Counted from the stretch's first letter, positions 39,259 through 47,638 are shown. The stretch is 64,000 nucleotides of DNA from an uncultured Dehalococcoidales bacterium (GCA_964606525.1 CAZSHH010000004.1:1558-65557); one strand, 5' to 3'. Notes: a model not told the origin generated them from the sequence alone. Program-made: numbers and translations.

Positions 39259-39374
39259 TCGAACTGAAATGAATGATCATGTGTTTTCGAGTTTTTTCAT
39301 AACTTGACGTGCTTAACGGCCGGATGTTACATTAATGAACGTGTGTGAATTAGAGATGAGGAGGTACCGGCGCG

Positions 39375-40175
39375 GTGGACATGATTGTGTGCTGTAAGCA
39401 AGTCCTTGACCCGGAAGCACCACCGGCAAGTTTCAAAATCGACCCTGCAACAAATAAAGTAATTCCCCCACAAGGGGTTCCCCCCGTTATCAGCCCATTT
39501 GATGAGCAAGCGGTAGAAGCAGCTTTACGCGTGAAAGATGCTAAAGGCGGAAAAATTACCGTCATCAGCCTGGGCATCAATCTCTTGAGAGACGTAGTGA
39601 AAAAACCTTTATCGATGGGTGCCGACGAACTGGTCTTATTAGAAGATCCCGCATACGTGGACGGGGATTCCTGGTCGACGGCCTACGCCTTGGCAATGGC
39701 CATTAAGAAGATCGGAAAATTCGACCTTATTTTCTGCGGCCGGCAAGCCGCAGACTGGGATTCGGGACAGGTAGGTTCCGGAATTGCCGAAATTCTCGGC
39801 CTGCCCAGCGTGACTATCGCCAAAAAAGTTGAAGCACTTGATGGCAAAGCACGCGTAGAACGTATCACCACTGATGGCTTTGAAGTAGTGGAAGTTGCCT
39901 TGCCGGCGGTAATCACGGTAACTAATGAATTAGGGGCGGCTCGTTATCCCACGATCAAGGGGATCATGGGTGCCAAACGGAAAGAACCGATCATCTGGAA
40001 ACCCGCCGATATCGGCGCCGATGCAGCTAAATTGGGTGCCGCCGGAAGACGCACCAAGATAGCCAAATTATTCCAGCCGGTCAAAGAAGCCAAATGTGAA
40101 ATAATTACCGGTGAGACTCCGGAGGAAGCAGCGGTGAAGCTGGCCTTAAAGCTACGGGAAGCAAAAACACTGTAA
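39375..40175 (+). CDS. etfB: electron transfer flavoprotein beta subunit
   Basis: 266-aa ORF, (MD)MIVCCKQVLDPE.... GTG at 39375 is 10 nt after GAGGAGG. Alternative ATG at 39381. Confidence 0.9.
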   Translation: MDMIVCCKQVLDPEAPPASFKIDPATNKVIPPQGVPPVISPFDEQAVEAALRVKDAKGGKITVISLGINLLRDVVKKPLSMGADELVLLEDPAYVDGDSWSTAYALAMAIKKIGKFDLIFCGRQAADWDSGQVGSGIAEILGLPSVTIAKKVEALDGKARVERITTDGFEVVEVALPAVITVTNELGAARYPTIKGIMGAKRKEPIIWKPADIGADAAKLGAAGRRTKIAKLFQPVKEAKCEIITGETPEEAAVKLALKLREAKTL

Positions 40176-40236
40176 TAAATGATGCCGGTTATACCCACGA
40201 AGATGTGAAAACCGGTAGTTTACAGGAGAGAATAGA

Positions 40237-41229
40237 ATGGCGAATGGAATATTGATATTCAGTGAAATTATTGAAGGCAAGCTGGCTTCGGTAACCACCG
40301 AACTACTCGGCTGCGGGCGTAAGTTGGCTGGTGAAACCAACCAGGGGCTTTCTGGCGTACTGATTGGAAATGGGGTAAGTAATTTCTCTGCGCAACTCAT
40401 AAGTTATGGAGCGGATAAAGTATATCTGGTCGAAGACCCCCTGCTGACCGATTACCAGACCGAAACATACCTGACCGTCATGGAAAAAGTAATTAAAGAG
40501 GCCGATCCCCAAATCATCCTCTTCAGTCAAACCGCGATCGGCCGTGACCTGGCACCCCGGCTGGCATTCCGTTTGGGTACCGTTGCTACCATGGACTGCG
40601 TGGCCGTCGAAGTAGACCCGCAGACCAAACGGCTGCTGCCGACCAAACCGGTCTATGGCGGGAATGCGCGGGCAGTATACAGTTATGATTCTGACCCCCA
40701 GATAGCGACCATCCGGGCAAAAGCCGTGTCTGCCCTGGAACCGGATGCTAACCGGAAAGGCGAAGTGATCAACATCGCTGCCGGTATCGAACCGGCTGCG
40801 GTACGGGCAAAAGTGGTCCAGAAAGTTAAAGAAGAAGTTAAGGGGGTAAAACTCGAAGAAGCTCCCGTCATCATTAGCGGCGGACGCGGCATTGGCGGGC
40901 CAGACGGTTTTAAGGAATTGGATGCCATCGCCAAATTGTTAAAAGGAGCTGTCGGAGCCAGCCGCCCGGCGTGTGACAGCGCCTGGATGCCTGATACCGC
41001 CCAGGTTGGCCTGACCGGTAAAGTAGTCACCCCGGACCTCTATATCGCCGTTGGCATCTCCGGCTCGAGCCAACATATGGCTGGATGCTCAGGTGCTAAA
41101 GTTATCGTAGCGATCAATAAGGACCCGGAAGCGAACATTTTTAAAGAAGCCCGATATGGAGTCGTTGGCGACTGGAAGAAAATTATCCCCGCTTTCACTC
41201 AGAAACTAAAAGAGTTGTTGGCTCAATAA
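40237..41229 (+). CDS. etfA: electron transfer flavoprotein alpha subunit
   Basis: 330-aa ORF. C-terminal FAD-binding motifs (SRPACDSAWMP...QVGLTGKVV.P.LYIAVGISGSSQH). Confidence 0.9.
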   Translation: MANGILIFSEIIEGKLASVTTELLGCGRKLAGETNQGLSGVLIGNGVSNFSAQLISYGADKVYLVEDPLLTDYQTETYLTVMEKVIKEADPQIILFSQTAIGRDLAPRLAFRLGTVATMDCVAVEVDPQTKRLLPTKPVYGGNARAVYSYDSDPQIATIRAKAVSALEPDANRKGEVINIAAGIEPAAVRAKVVQKVKEEVKGVKLEEAPVIISGGRGIGGPDGFKELDAIAKLLKGAVGASRPACDSAWMPDTAQVGLTGKVVTPDLYIAVGISGSSQHMAGCSGAKVIVAINKDPEANIFKEARYGVVGDWKKIIPAFTQKLKELLAQ

Positions 41230-41236
41230 ATTAATG

Positions 41237-41290
41237 GGAGTTCCGTACTGCTTAATTGACGATAACAACAGCACGGAACTCCTCCTTTAT
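41237..41290 (+). terminator. intrinsic terminator after etfA
   Basis: GGAGTTCCGTaCTG, 18 nt, CAGcACGGAACTCC followed by TCCTTTATT. Confidence 0.6.
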
Positions 41291-41340
41291 TACCATTAGT
41301 TCATATTACATTTGAAGTTAAACTCCCGATGTTTTGTGGT

Positions 41341-41356
41341 ATGATTGGTCAATCAT
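41341..41356. promoter_or_regulatory. 16-bp palindrome upstream of tetR (candidate operator)
   Basis: ATGATTG-gt-CAATCAT, about 40 nt upstream of the tetR start. Confidence 0.4.
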
Positions 41357-41394
41357 TCACTGTCTGTTAATCTTGCGGAAACCGGAGAAAGAAA

Positions 41395-42009
41395 ATGGTA
41401 AAGTACACGCGGCAAAACGAATCGTCATCCTCCGTAAAAAAAAGCCGGATACTGGATAAAGCCGGAACCCTGTTCTGGAGAAAGGGTTATCACAGCACCA
41501 GTATGCGAGACATCGCCAGTGCCTGCAACTGCAAAGCAGCCAATATCTACAATTATTTCGCCGGTAAAGAAGACATCCTTTTTGAAGTTACCCGGGATAT
41601 CCATGAACGGGCGGTAGCCTCGGTGAAACACCTGGATGAGGATGAGGTGACCAGTCCGGTAGAACAATTACGCTCGTTGGTCAAGAGTCATTTTGGATTG
41701 CTGGTACGCATGAAACGTTCCAGTATCCTGATATCAGATACCGGGCTGAAAGACCTATCGACCGAACACCGTAAAGCAATTGTCCAGCTTCGTGACATCT
41801 ATGATAACATCATGGGTAAGGTCATTGAGCGGGGTATTAAACAAGGAATTTTCGAAGTAAAGGATATTAAAGTAACGATCTACTTAACTTCTTCCGTGAT
41901 AATCAGAAGTACTATCTGGTTCTCACCAAAAGGCCGGTTATCAGTCGATGAAGTCGGTGAAATCATGTTCGATTACGTATATCGCGGCATAAAAGTGGAA
42001 AAGAAATAA
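41395..42009 (+). CDS. TetR/AcrR family transcriptional regulator
   Basis: 204-aa ORF with the TetR HTH signature (F..KGYH.TSMRDIA.A........Y.YF..KE.IL). Confidence 0.85.
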   Translation: MVKYTRQNESSSSVKKSRILDKAGTLFWRKGYHSTSMRDIASACNCKAANIYNYFAGKEDILFEVTRDIHERAVASVKHLDEDEVTSPVEQLRSLVKSHFGLLVRMKRSSILISDTGLKDLSTEHRKAIVQLRDIYDNIMGKVIERGIKQGIFEVKDIKVTIYLTSSVIIRSTIWFSPKGRLSVDEVGEIMFDYVYRGIKVEKK

Positions 42010-42058
42010 CGGAGACCTTTTTTTCAAAAGAATAAACTCGACCGGCTCGGAGGGTGTA

Positions 42059-42598
42059 ATGCTGGAAATTGCCGATACCATGCTCCTGGTAATTGATGTT
42101 CAGGAAAAACTATTCCGGGTCATGCATGATAAGGAAAACCTGTTGCTAAACCTGCAAAAATTATTACAGGGAATACAGGTTTTGGAAGTTCCAGTATTAG
42201 TGACCGAACAATACCCCCAGGGACTGGGTCCCACACTTCCCGACATCTCATCAATAATTCCGGGATTCGATCCGGTCTCCAAGATTAGTTTCAGCTGCTG
42301 GCAACATGATGAATTCAAAAACCGATTGATCAAGCAAAATCGTAAACAAATCCTTATTTCCGGTATCGAAGGACATATCTGCGTTTATCAGACTGCCTGT
42401 GATTTGATCAAGAACGGATATCAAGCCCATGTAGTAACGGATACGGTATCGTCCCGGACTTCCTTTAACCGCCAGCTTGCTCTTGATATGATGCAGCAAG
42501 CCGGTGCCCGGTTGACCGGAACCGAGACCGTGCTTTTCGAATTACTCAAGGCCGCCCAGGGAGATCAATTTAAAAAGATCAGCCAGATTGTCAAGTGA
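42059..42598 (+). CDS. isochorismatase-family (cysteine) hydrolase
   Basis: 179-aa ORF. LLVIDVQEK, ...ISGIEGHICV... (catalytic Cys context). SD GGAGGG. Confidence 0.82.
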   Translation: MLEIADTMLLVIDVQEKLFRVMHDKENLLLNLQKLLQGIQVLEVPVLVTEQYPQGLGPTLPDISSIIPGFDPVSKISFSCWQHDEFKNRLIKQNRKQILISGIEGHICVYQTACDLIKNGYQAHVVTDTVSSRTSFNRQLALDMMQQAGARLTGTETVLFELLKAAQGDQFKKISQIVK

Positions 42599-42616
42599 AA
42601 GGATAGTGACTATAAT
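42588..42616 (+). promoter_or_regulatory. candidate sigma-70 promoter P1 of selenoprotein gene 1
   Basis: TTGTCA, 17 nt, TATAAT. The -35 element lies in the last codons of the hydrolase gene. The 11-mer TATAATCATTA is shared with P2. Confidence 0.5.
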
Positions 42617-42723
42617 CATTAACAAAACATAGCAAGTTAACTCCGGGCAATTTTACCGATACCCTTTGATGATAACGACTAAATGACATCGATTTGACGA
42701 ATACTAAAGGAGAAGGAAGAGCC

Positions 42724-44481
42724 ATGCCAGCAAAAAAATTTAAATGCCTCAACCCTGTCGGTATCCAGGAACCAATCACGCTTTACCCTCTTGCACCGCG
42801 GCTAGATAAGCTTGACGGTAAAACGATCTATGTCAGCATCAATGCCGGCGGCGACCAGGACATTACGATTCCCTTACTCAAACGGCTGCCGCAGGACTAT
42901 CCTAATGTCAACTGGAAAATCAAGCGGCAGTTCGGATTCAGTGCGGAATTAACCGACGAAGAAAAAAAGGATGCCGATGCCGTCATCGCCGGCGTCATCT
43001 GGTGACACGGTGCGATCTGGGAACAGTTGTTCCAGGTTGCCGACAACGAACAGTCAGGTATTCCCACAGTGTCCATGCTGTATGCTGACCAGGATGAAGC
43101 CTTCGTCCAGGCCGGGAAAATGAGCGGTTCCCCCCACCTGCGCAGAATTCACGTTTCCCGCACTTTACCCGGGCCGGTGGACGTGGATGGCTTTATTGGG
43201 TCTTTACTGGACGGCTTGGTCCGGCCTCTAACTAAAGAAGAAAAATCCGGTGGTGTGTATGAGATCAATAATGACCGGATACTTTTTGAAGGAACGCTCG
43301 AAGCAGCCCAGGAATTTTACATGCAGTCCGAGAAGATCCCCACTCTCCGATATAATGCTCCGATCGCGAAATATACCGACGGCCTGCCCATCATCGTGCC
43401 CACGGAAGAACGGGTAGCGGCCATGCTCAAGGGTACCAGCCATAAACCGGACGAGTTTATCGTGCATCAAACCGACCGGGCGGAATTTGCTTTCCAGGCG
43501 AAAGGGCACAAGATAGAAAAAGGTACGCCGGTTAAGTTTATGCCGCTGAAACGTACGGCCACGGTCGAAAGAGTCGCCGTAAACGCGGTGATGGCCGGGT
43601 GCCGGCCGGAGTATTTCCCGGTAGTGCTGGCAATCGCTGAAGCGGGTGGGGGCGGTGGTTCAGATGGGCGGGGCAGCCAGGGCTACGTGGTCAGCGGTCC
43701 GATTTCCAAGGAAATCGGCATGAATTTCGATGTCGGTATCTTTGGCCCGGGTAACCCGGCGAACCGCAGTATCGGCCGGGCGGCCGAACTGATGTGGCGG
43801 AACTTCGGCGGCAACGTCCCGAATGTCACCAATGTGGGTGTAATGGGGTCACCACTGTTCAACTGCATTCCGGAAGACCTCGATAACCTCCCGCCGGGTT
43901 GGCGCGGCTTGAACGAAGAGTACGATTTCAAGCGCAGTGAAAGTATCATTTACGTGATGAACCTCGGCCGCGGCGGCACGACTAACATCCACCGCACCGA
44001 ATTTTCTCCCGGCGGATACCGTGCTTTCCAGAAATCCGGCCACGGTGGTATTGCCCGGCGCCTCGGGGTCAAAGGTGTACCCGGCTCTAAGAACTGGTTG
44101 GGCTATCTCATCCCCGGTGTCTGGCATGATCGTGAAGGCGGTATTACTTTCCTGATGCTGCCCCAGATGGCCCGCCATCTTTACGAAGCCGGTTTCAAGA
44201 CCAAGGACGAGGTCTATGAGTGGATCTACAAGCAGAGCTTCCGGCCGCTGCGCGAATACCGGACGCATTCCTGGGTCGATGTTAATACGGCCTCCTGGAC
44301 AGGTATCGAACGCACTTCCGGCAAACCCTGGAAGGAATTATCCGACGATTACCTGGTTCCCTTTGTGAACGATCCCTGGGAAAGCTGCATCATTGTCACT
44401 GGCGGCGGCGAAGAATATCCGCAATGGGTGGGTGCCCGCCGTCCTGGTATTAAACCTATCAATATCGACTACTGGCGCTAA
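42724..44481 (+). CDS. candidate selenoprotein, copy 1 (585 codons, in-frame TGA = Sec94 at 43003-43005)
   Basis: ATG at 42724 follows AAAGGAGAAGGA. The 93-aa and 484-aa ORFs of the track are in the same frame and are joined by TGA plus 7 conserved codons. A SECIS-like hairpin follows. A paralogue with identical architecture lies downstream. Confidence 0.75.
43012..43040 (+). promoter_or_regulatory. SECIS-like hairpin downstream of UGA (copy 1)
   Basis: GCGAUCUGG-G(bulge)-AAC-[AGUU]-GUU-CCAGGUUGC. 12 pairs including 2 G-U. The apical loop starts 19 nt after the UGA and contains GU. Confidence 0.6.
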
Positions 44482-44503
44482 CAACACCGATTTGTCATCA
44501 AGC

Positions 44504-44542
44504 AAGAAGCTGGAGGGAAAAATCCTCCAGCTTCTTTTTTCT
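44504..44542 (+). terminator. intrinsic terminator after selenoprotein gene 1
   Basis: AAGAAGCTGGAGG-gaaaaat-CCTCCAGCTTCTT followed by TTTTCTTT. Confidence 0.85.
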
Positions 44543-44592
44543 TTGCCGGGACGATAGTGGCTTTTCGATTTTAACATTACCAGAAAGCCGCA

Positions 44593-44621
44593 TTGTAAAG
44601 GTGTTGGATTGGCGATATAAT
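44593..44621 (+). promoter_or_regulatory. candidate sigma-70 promoter P2 of selenoprotein gene 2
   Basis: TTGTAA, 17 nt, TATAAT, followed by the same CATTA as P1. Confidence 0.5.
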
Positions 44622-44692
44622 CATTACAATTTTCACCAACATTGTCATATTATCGTAAATGTTTGTAAGGATTTTAAGGAGACGGAATCACT

Positions 44693-46450
44693 ATGCCAGA
44701 AAGAAAATATAAGTGTCTGAATCCTGTTGGTATCCAGGACCCGGTAAAAATCTATCCTTTAGCTCCCAGGCTTGACAAGATCGACGGTAAGACCATCTAT
44801 GTCTGTATAAATGCCGGCGGCGACCAGGATATCACGATCCCGCTGCGCAAGCGGCTGCCCGCTGATTACCCGAACGTCAACTGGAAGATGAAGCTGAATT
44901 ACGGTTTCAGTGCTCAATTGACCGATGAGGAAAAGAAAGATGCTGACGCTGTGATTGCCGGCGTCATCTGGTGACACGGCGCTATCTGGGGACAGTTGTT
45001 CCAAGTAGCGGAAAATGAACAAGCCGGCATTCCAACCGTATCTCTACTATATGCCGACCAGGATGAATGTTTCCACCAGGCTGCGCTGATGAGTGGCTCT
45101 CCCAATCTCCGGCGCGTGCACGTATCCCGAACCCTCCAGGGGCCGGAAGATGTCGACCGTTTTCTGCCTGTGATGCTGGAGGCCCTGGTCCGTCCCTTAG
45201 CAAAGGATGAAAAGGCAGTTGGGAAGCTGGAACTGGCAGACGACAGGGTACTCTTTGAAGGTACCATGGAGGCAGCATATGAATTCTATACGCAGACGGA
45301 AAATATTGCTGCTCTGAAAAATAATGTACCGATCGCCAAGTATACCGACGGCCTGCCGATCGTGGTTCCTACGGAAGAAAAGGTGGCATTAATGCTCAAA
45401 GGTACCAGCCATAAAGCGGATGAATTGATCGTGCAAACCAGGGAACACGGCGGCTTGCCAATGGGCATGGGGGTACCCCGGAAGAAAGGCGACCCGGTCT
45501 TATTCCAACCGCTTAAAAGAAGAGCGACAGTGGAAAAAGTAGCGATCAATGCCGTGATGGCCGGATGTAAACCGGAATATATGCCTTTATTGCTGGCGAT
45601 CGCAGAAGCGGGCGGGGGCGGCGGTGGAGACGGCCGCGGCAGCCAGGCTTTCATCGTCAGCGGCCCTTATTCCAAAGAGATCGGTATGAACTGCGACGTC
45701 GGCATCCTCGGCCCGGGCAATCCGGCCAACCGGAGCATCGCCCGCGCCGCCGAACTGATGTGGCGCAACTTCGGGGGGAATATCCCTGCTGTCACCAACT
45801 GCGGCGTGATGGGAGCGCCGCTCTTCAACTGCATCCCAGAAGACCTCGATAATCTACCGCCGGGTTGGCGCGGTCTGAATGAAGAATACGATTACAAGAA
45901 AAACGAGAGTATCGTCTATGCTGCTAATATCGGGCGGGGCGGTTCTACCAACATTCACCGCACCGAATTCTCTCCGGGCGGCTACCGGGCTTTCCAGAAA
46001 TCCGGCCACGGCGGGATTGCCCGCCGTTTGGGCGTCAAAGGCAAACCCGGTCCCAAGAACTGGCTGGAATACATGCTGCCCGAACTCTGGGCCGGCCGTG
46101 AAGGCGGCATCACCTTCCTGATGCTGCCCCAGATGGCGCAAGCCCTCTGCGATGCCGGTTTCAAGACGAAGGATGAGGTCTACGAGTGGATCTATAAAGC
46201 CAGCTTCCGGACTGTCCGCGAATACCGCGCCCATTCCTGGCCTGATGTGCAGACCAACGCCTGGAATGCTGTAGAAAAAGTCTCCGGGAAGCCCTGGAAA
46301 GATCTGTCCGACGATGCCCTGGTGCCCTTTGTCAGCGAGCCTTATGAAAATTGTATTATCGTGACCGGCGGTGGCGAAGAGTATCCCCAGTGGCTGGGGG
46401 CCCGCCGGAACATGGGCAACCCGGCATACAGTATCGACACCTGGCGATAA
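44693..46450 (+). CDS. candidate selenoprotein, copy 2 (585 codons, in-frame TGA = Sec94 at 44972-44974)
   Basis: ATG at 44693 follows TAAGGAGA. Same split-ORF geometry and same frame (44693 and 44996 are both 2 mod 3). The flanks DADAVIAGVIW-TGA-HGAIW are identical to copy 1. Confidence 0.75.
44980..45010 (+). promoter_or_regulatory. SECIS-like hairpin downstream of UGA (copy 2)
   Basis: CGCUAUCUGG-G(bulge)-GAC-[AGUU]-GUU-CCAAGUAGCG. Same geometry as copy 1, with one C-A mismatch and one compensated pair. Confidence 0.55.
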
Positions 46451-46476
46451 TATTCCCCTACAGACGCAATGAAAGT

Positions 46477-46510
46477 AAAAAAGACCGGGGGTAACTCCCC
46501 GGTCTTTTTT
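46477..46510. terminator. bidirectional intrinsic terminator (selenoprotein gene 2 and DUF2812 gene)
   Basis: AAAAAGACCGGGG-gtaact-CCCCGGTCTTTTTTT, with an A-run upstream and a T-run downstream. Confidence 0.85.
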
Positions 46511-46588
46511 TACGGCAAATCAACATATTCCAGAAGGAGTTGTTAATATTGCCTTTTATATTCTTGTTCCTGATTTTGTCACTGAGGA

Positions 46589-47119
46589 TCAGTTCCTTTT
46601 CAACCGTTTGATCTTTTGGGCTAACTTGATAACCGCAAATACCAGCAGCATAATTACCACGAGATAGAAAAGCTTGATACCACCCCACCATAACCCCGGC
46701 CCCTCGTTGATAACCTGTCCGCCAAAGACCGACAATAATAGAATTATCATGAACCCCGTAAAAGCCAGCGCCCTGTTGTATTTGGCGATTTTCGATTCTA
46801 CATCGGTAAATATCTCGTTTACTTCCCCGGGTTTCAACTCCTTACGGAAATATTGCCAGGCAGATAATTCCCCGATATGTTCCCAGCCGGCGTCCTGAAA
46901 CAACTGCAAATATTCCTTTTTGTCCTTCCTGGTAAAAGACTGATAATCCATACGGTAAACGTATGAACGTGGTTCAGCCACTTGAAAGGTATATATGCCG
47001 GGGATGCACACTGAATTAAGGTGAAACCCTTTACCGGACATCTCTGCCAACCAGCGCTCTTCGGCCTCGTCCTGCCAAGCCCAGAACCATCTGAATCTGG
47101 TGACCTGCTGCTTTGCCAT
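46589..47119 (-). CDS. DUF2812 family membrane protein
   Basis: 176-aa ORF. N-terminal W....EE.WL.EM..KG..L pattern and two C-terminal TM helices. Typical partner of PadR regulators. Confidence 0.7.
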   Translation of the reverse strand: MAKQQVTRFRWFWAWQDEAEERWLAEMSGKGFHLNSVCIPGIYTFQVAEPRSYVYRMDYQSFTRKDKKEYLQLFQDAGWEHIGELSAWQYFRKELKPGEVNEIFTDVESKIAKYNRALAFTGFMIILLLSVFGGQVINEGPGLWWGGIKLFYLVVIMLLVFAVIKLAQKIKRLKRN

Positions 47120-47151
47120 GATTTTTTTACCCTCTCCCTGCCGGGTTGTGT

Positions 47152-47481
47152 CTATATCAGCCGGCTTAACACTATAAGCCCGCTGCGACTCATCGTACCT
47201 AACCGTCTGATCTGGTTAAGGAGGACGGACTTTCCCTTAAGTGTCAACTGGTATAATTTCCGGCGTTCTTCCTCCCCGGTTTTTTCAATCAATCCTTCCC
47301 TTTCCAGGGTGCTGAAGGCGCCGTATAAGGTTCCCGGGCCCAATTTTACCAAGCCGTTGCTGATCTCAGCTACTTTCTGCATTACACCGTAACCATGCAG
47401 CGGATCGACCAGGGCCAGCATGATATAGTAAGTCGTTTCGGAAAGAGGTAGATATTTACTGATGTTATCCCGGGATAACAT
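47152..47481 (-). CDS. PadR family transcriptional regulator
   Basis: 109-aa ORF with the winged-helix pattern ...YYIMLAL...LHGYGVMQKV...S.G.VKLGPGTLY.A...LE.EGLI. Confidence 0.85.
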   Translation of the reverse strand: MLSRDNISKYLPLSETTYYIMLALVDPLHGYGVMQKVAEISNGLVKLGPGTLYGAFSTLEREGLIEKTGEEERRKLYQLTLKGKSVLLNQIRRLGTMSRSGLIVLSRLI

Positions 47482-47496
47482 ACACTTTATCCTGAA

Positions 47497-47544
47497 ATAA
47501 TAATATATCGTTAGTCGTTATATCGACTAACGATATATTATTAT
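47497..47544. promoter_or_regulatory. 48-bp perfect palindrome (21-bp arms, 6-bp spacer) at the padR promoter
   Basis: ATAATAATATATCGTTAGTCG-ttatat-CGACTAACGATATATTATTAT. Ends 16 nt upstream of the padR start. A TTGACA (47558-47563, minus), 17 nt, TAATAT promoter places the -10 inside one arm. Confidence 0.6.
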
Positions 47545-47611
47545 GAGCTTAAATATTTGTCAATAGCTGATTCGAAAAAGGGTAAGAACACAGTGATACC
47601 CGGTAATACCA

Positions 47612-47638
47612 AAAGGGGGAGATAATTTCTCCCCCTTT
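47612..47638. terminator. intrinsic terminator after the EF-G paralogue
   Basis: AAAGGGGGAGA-taatt-TCTCCCCCTTT. A- and T-runs on both sides. Confidence 0.8.

Noticed and set aside
43003-43005. The TGA codons at 43003 and 44972 as ordinary stops, pseudogene lesions, or evidence of an alternative genetic code
   Set aside because: The same codon position is affected in both paralogues. Protein-level conservation continues across the 21-nt gap with mostly synonymous differences, and no SD precedes the downstream TTG. TGA clearly terminates well-conserved genes elsewhere in the window (argH, degV, permease, hisH), so a global reassignment is unlikely. Programmed Sec insertion is the simplest reading, though it is unproven.
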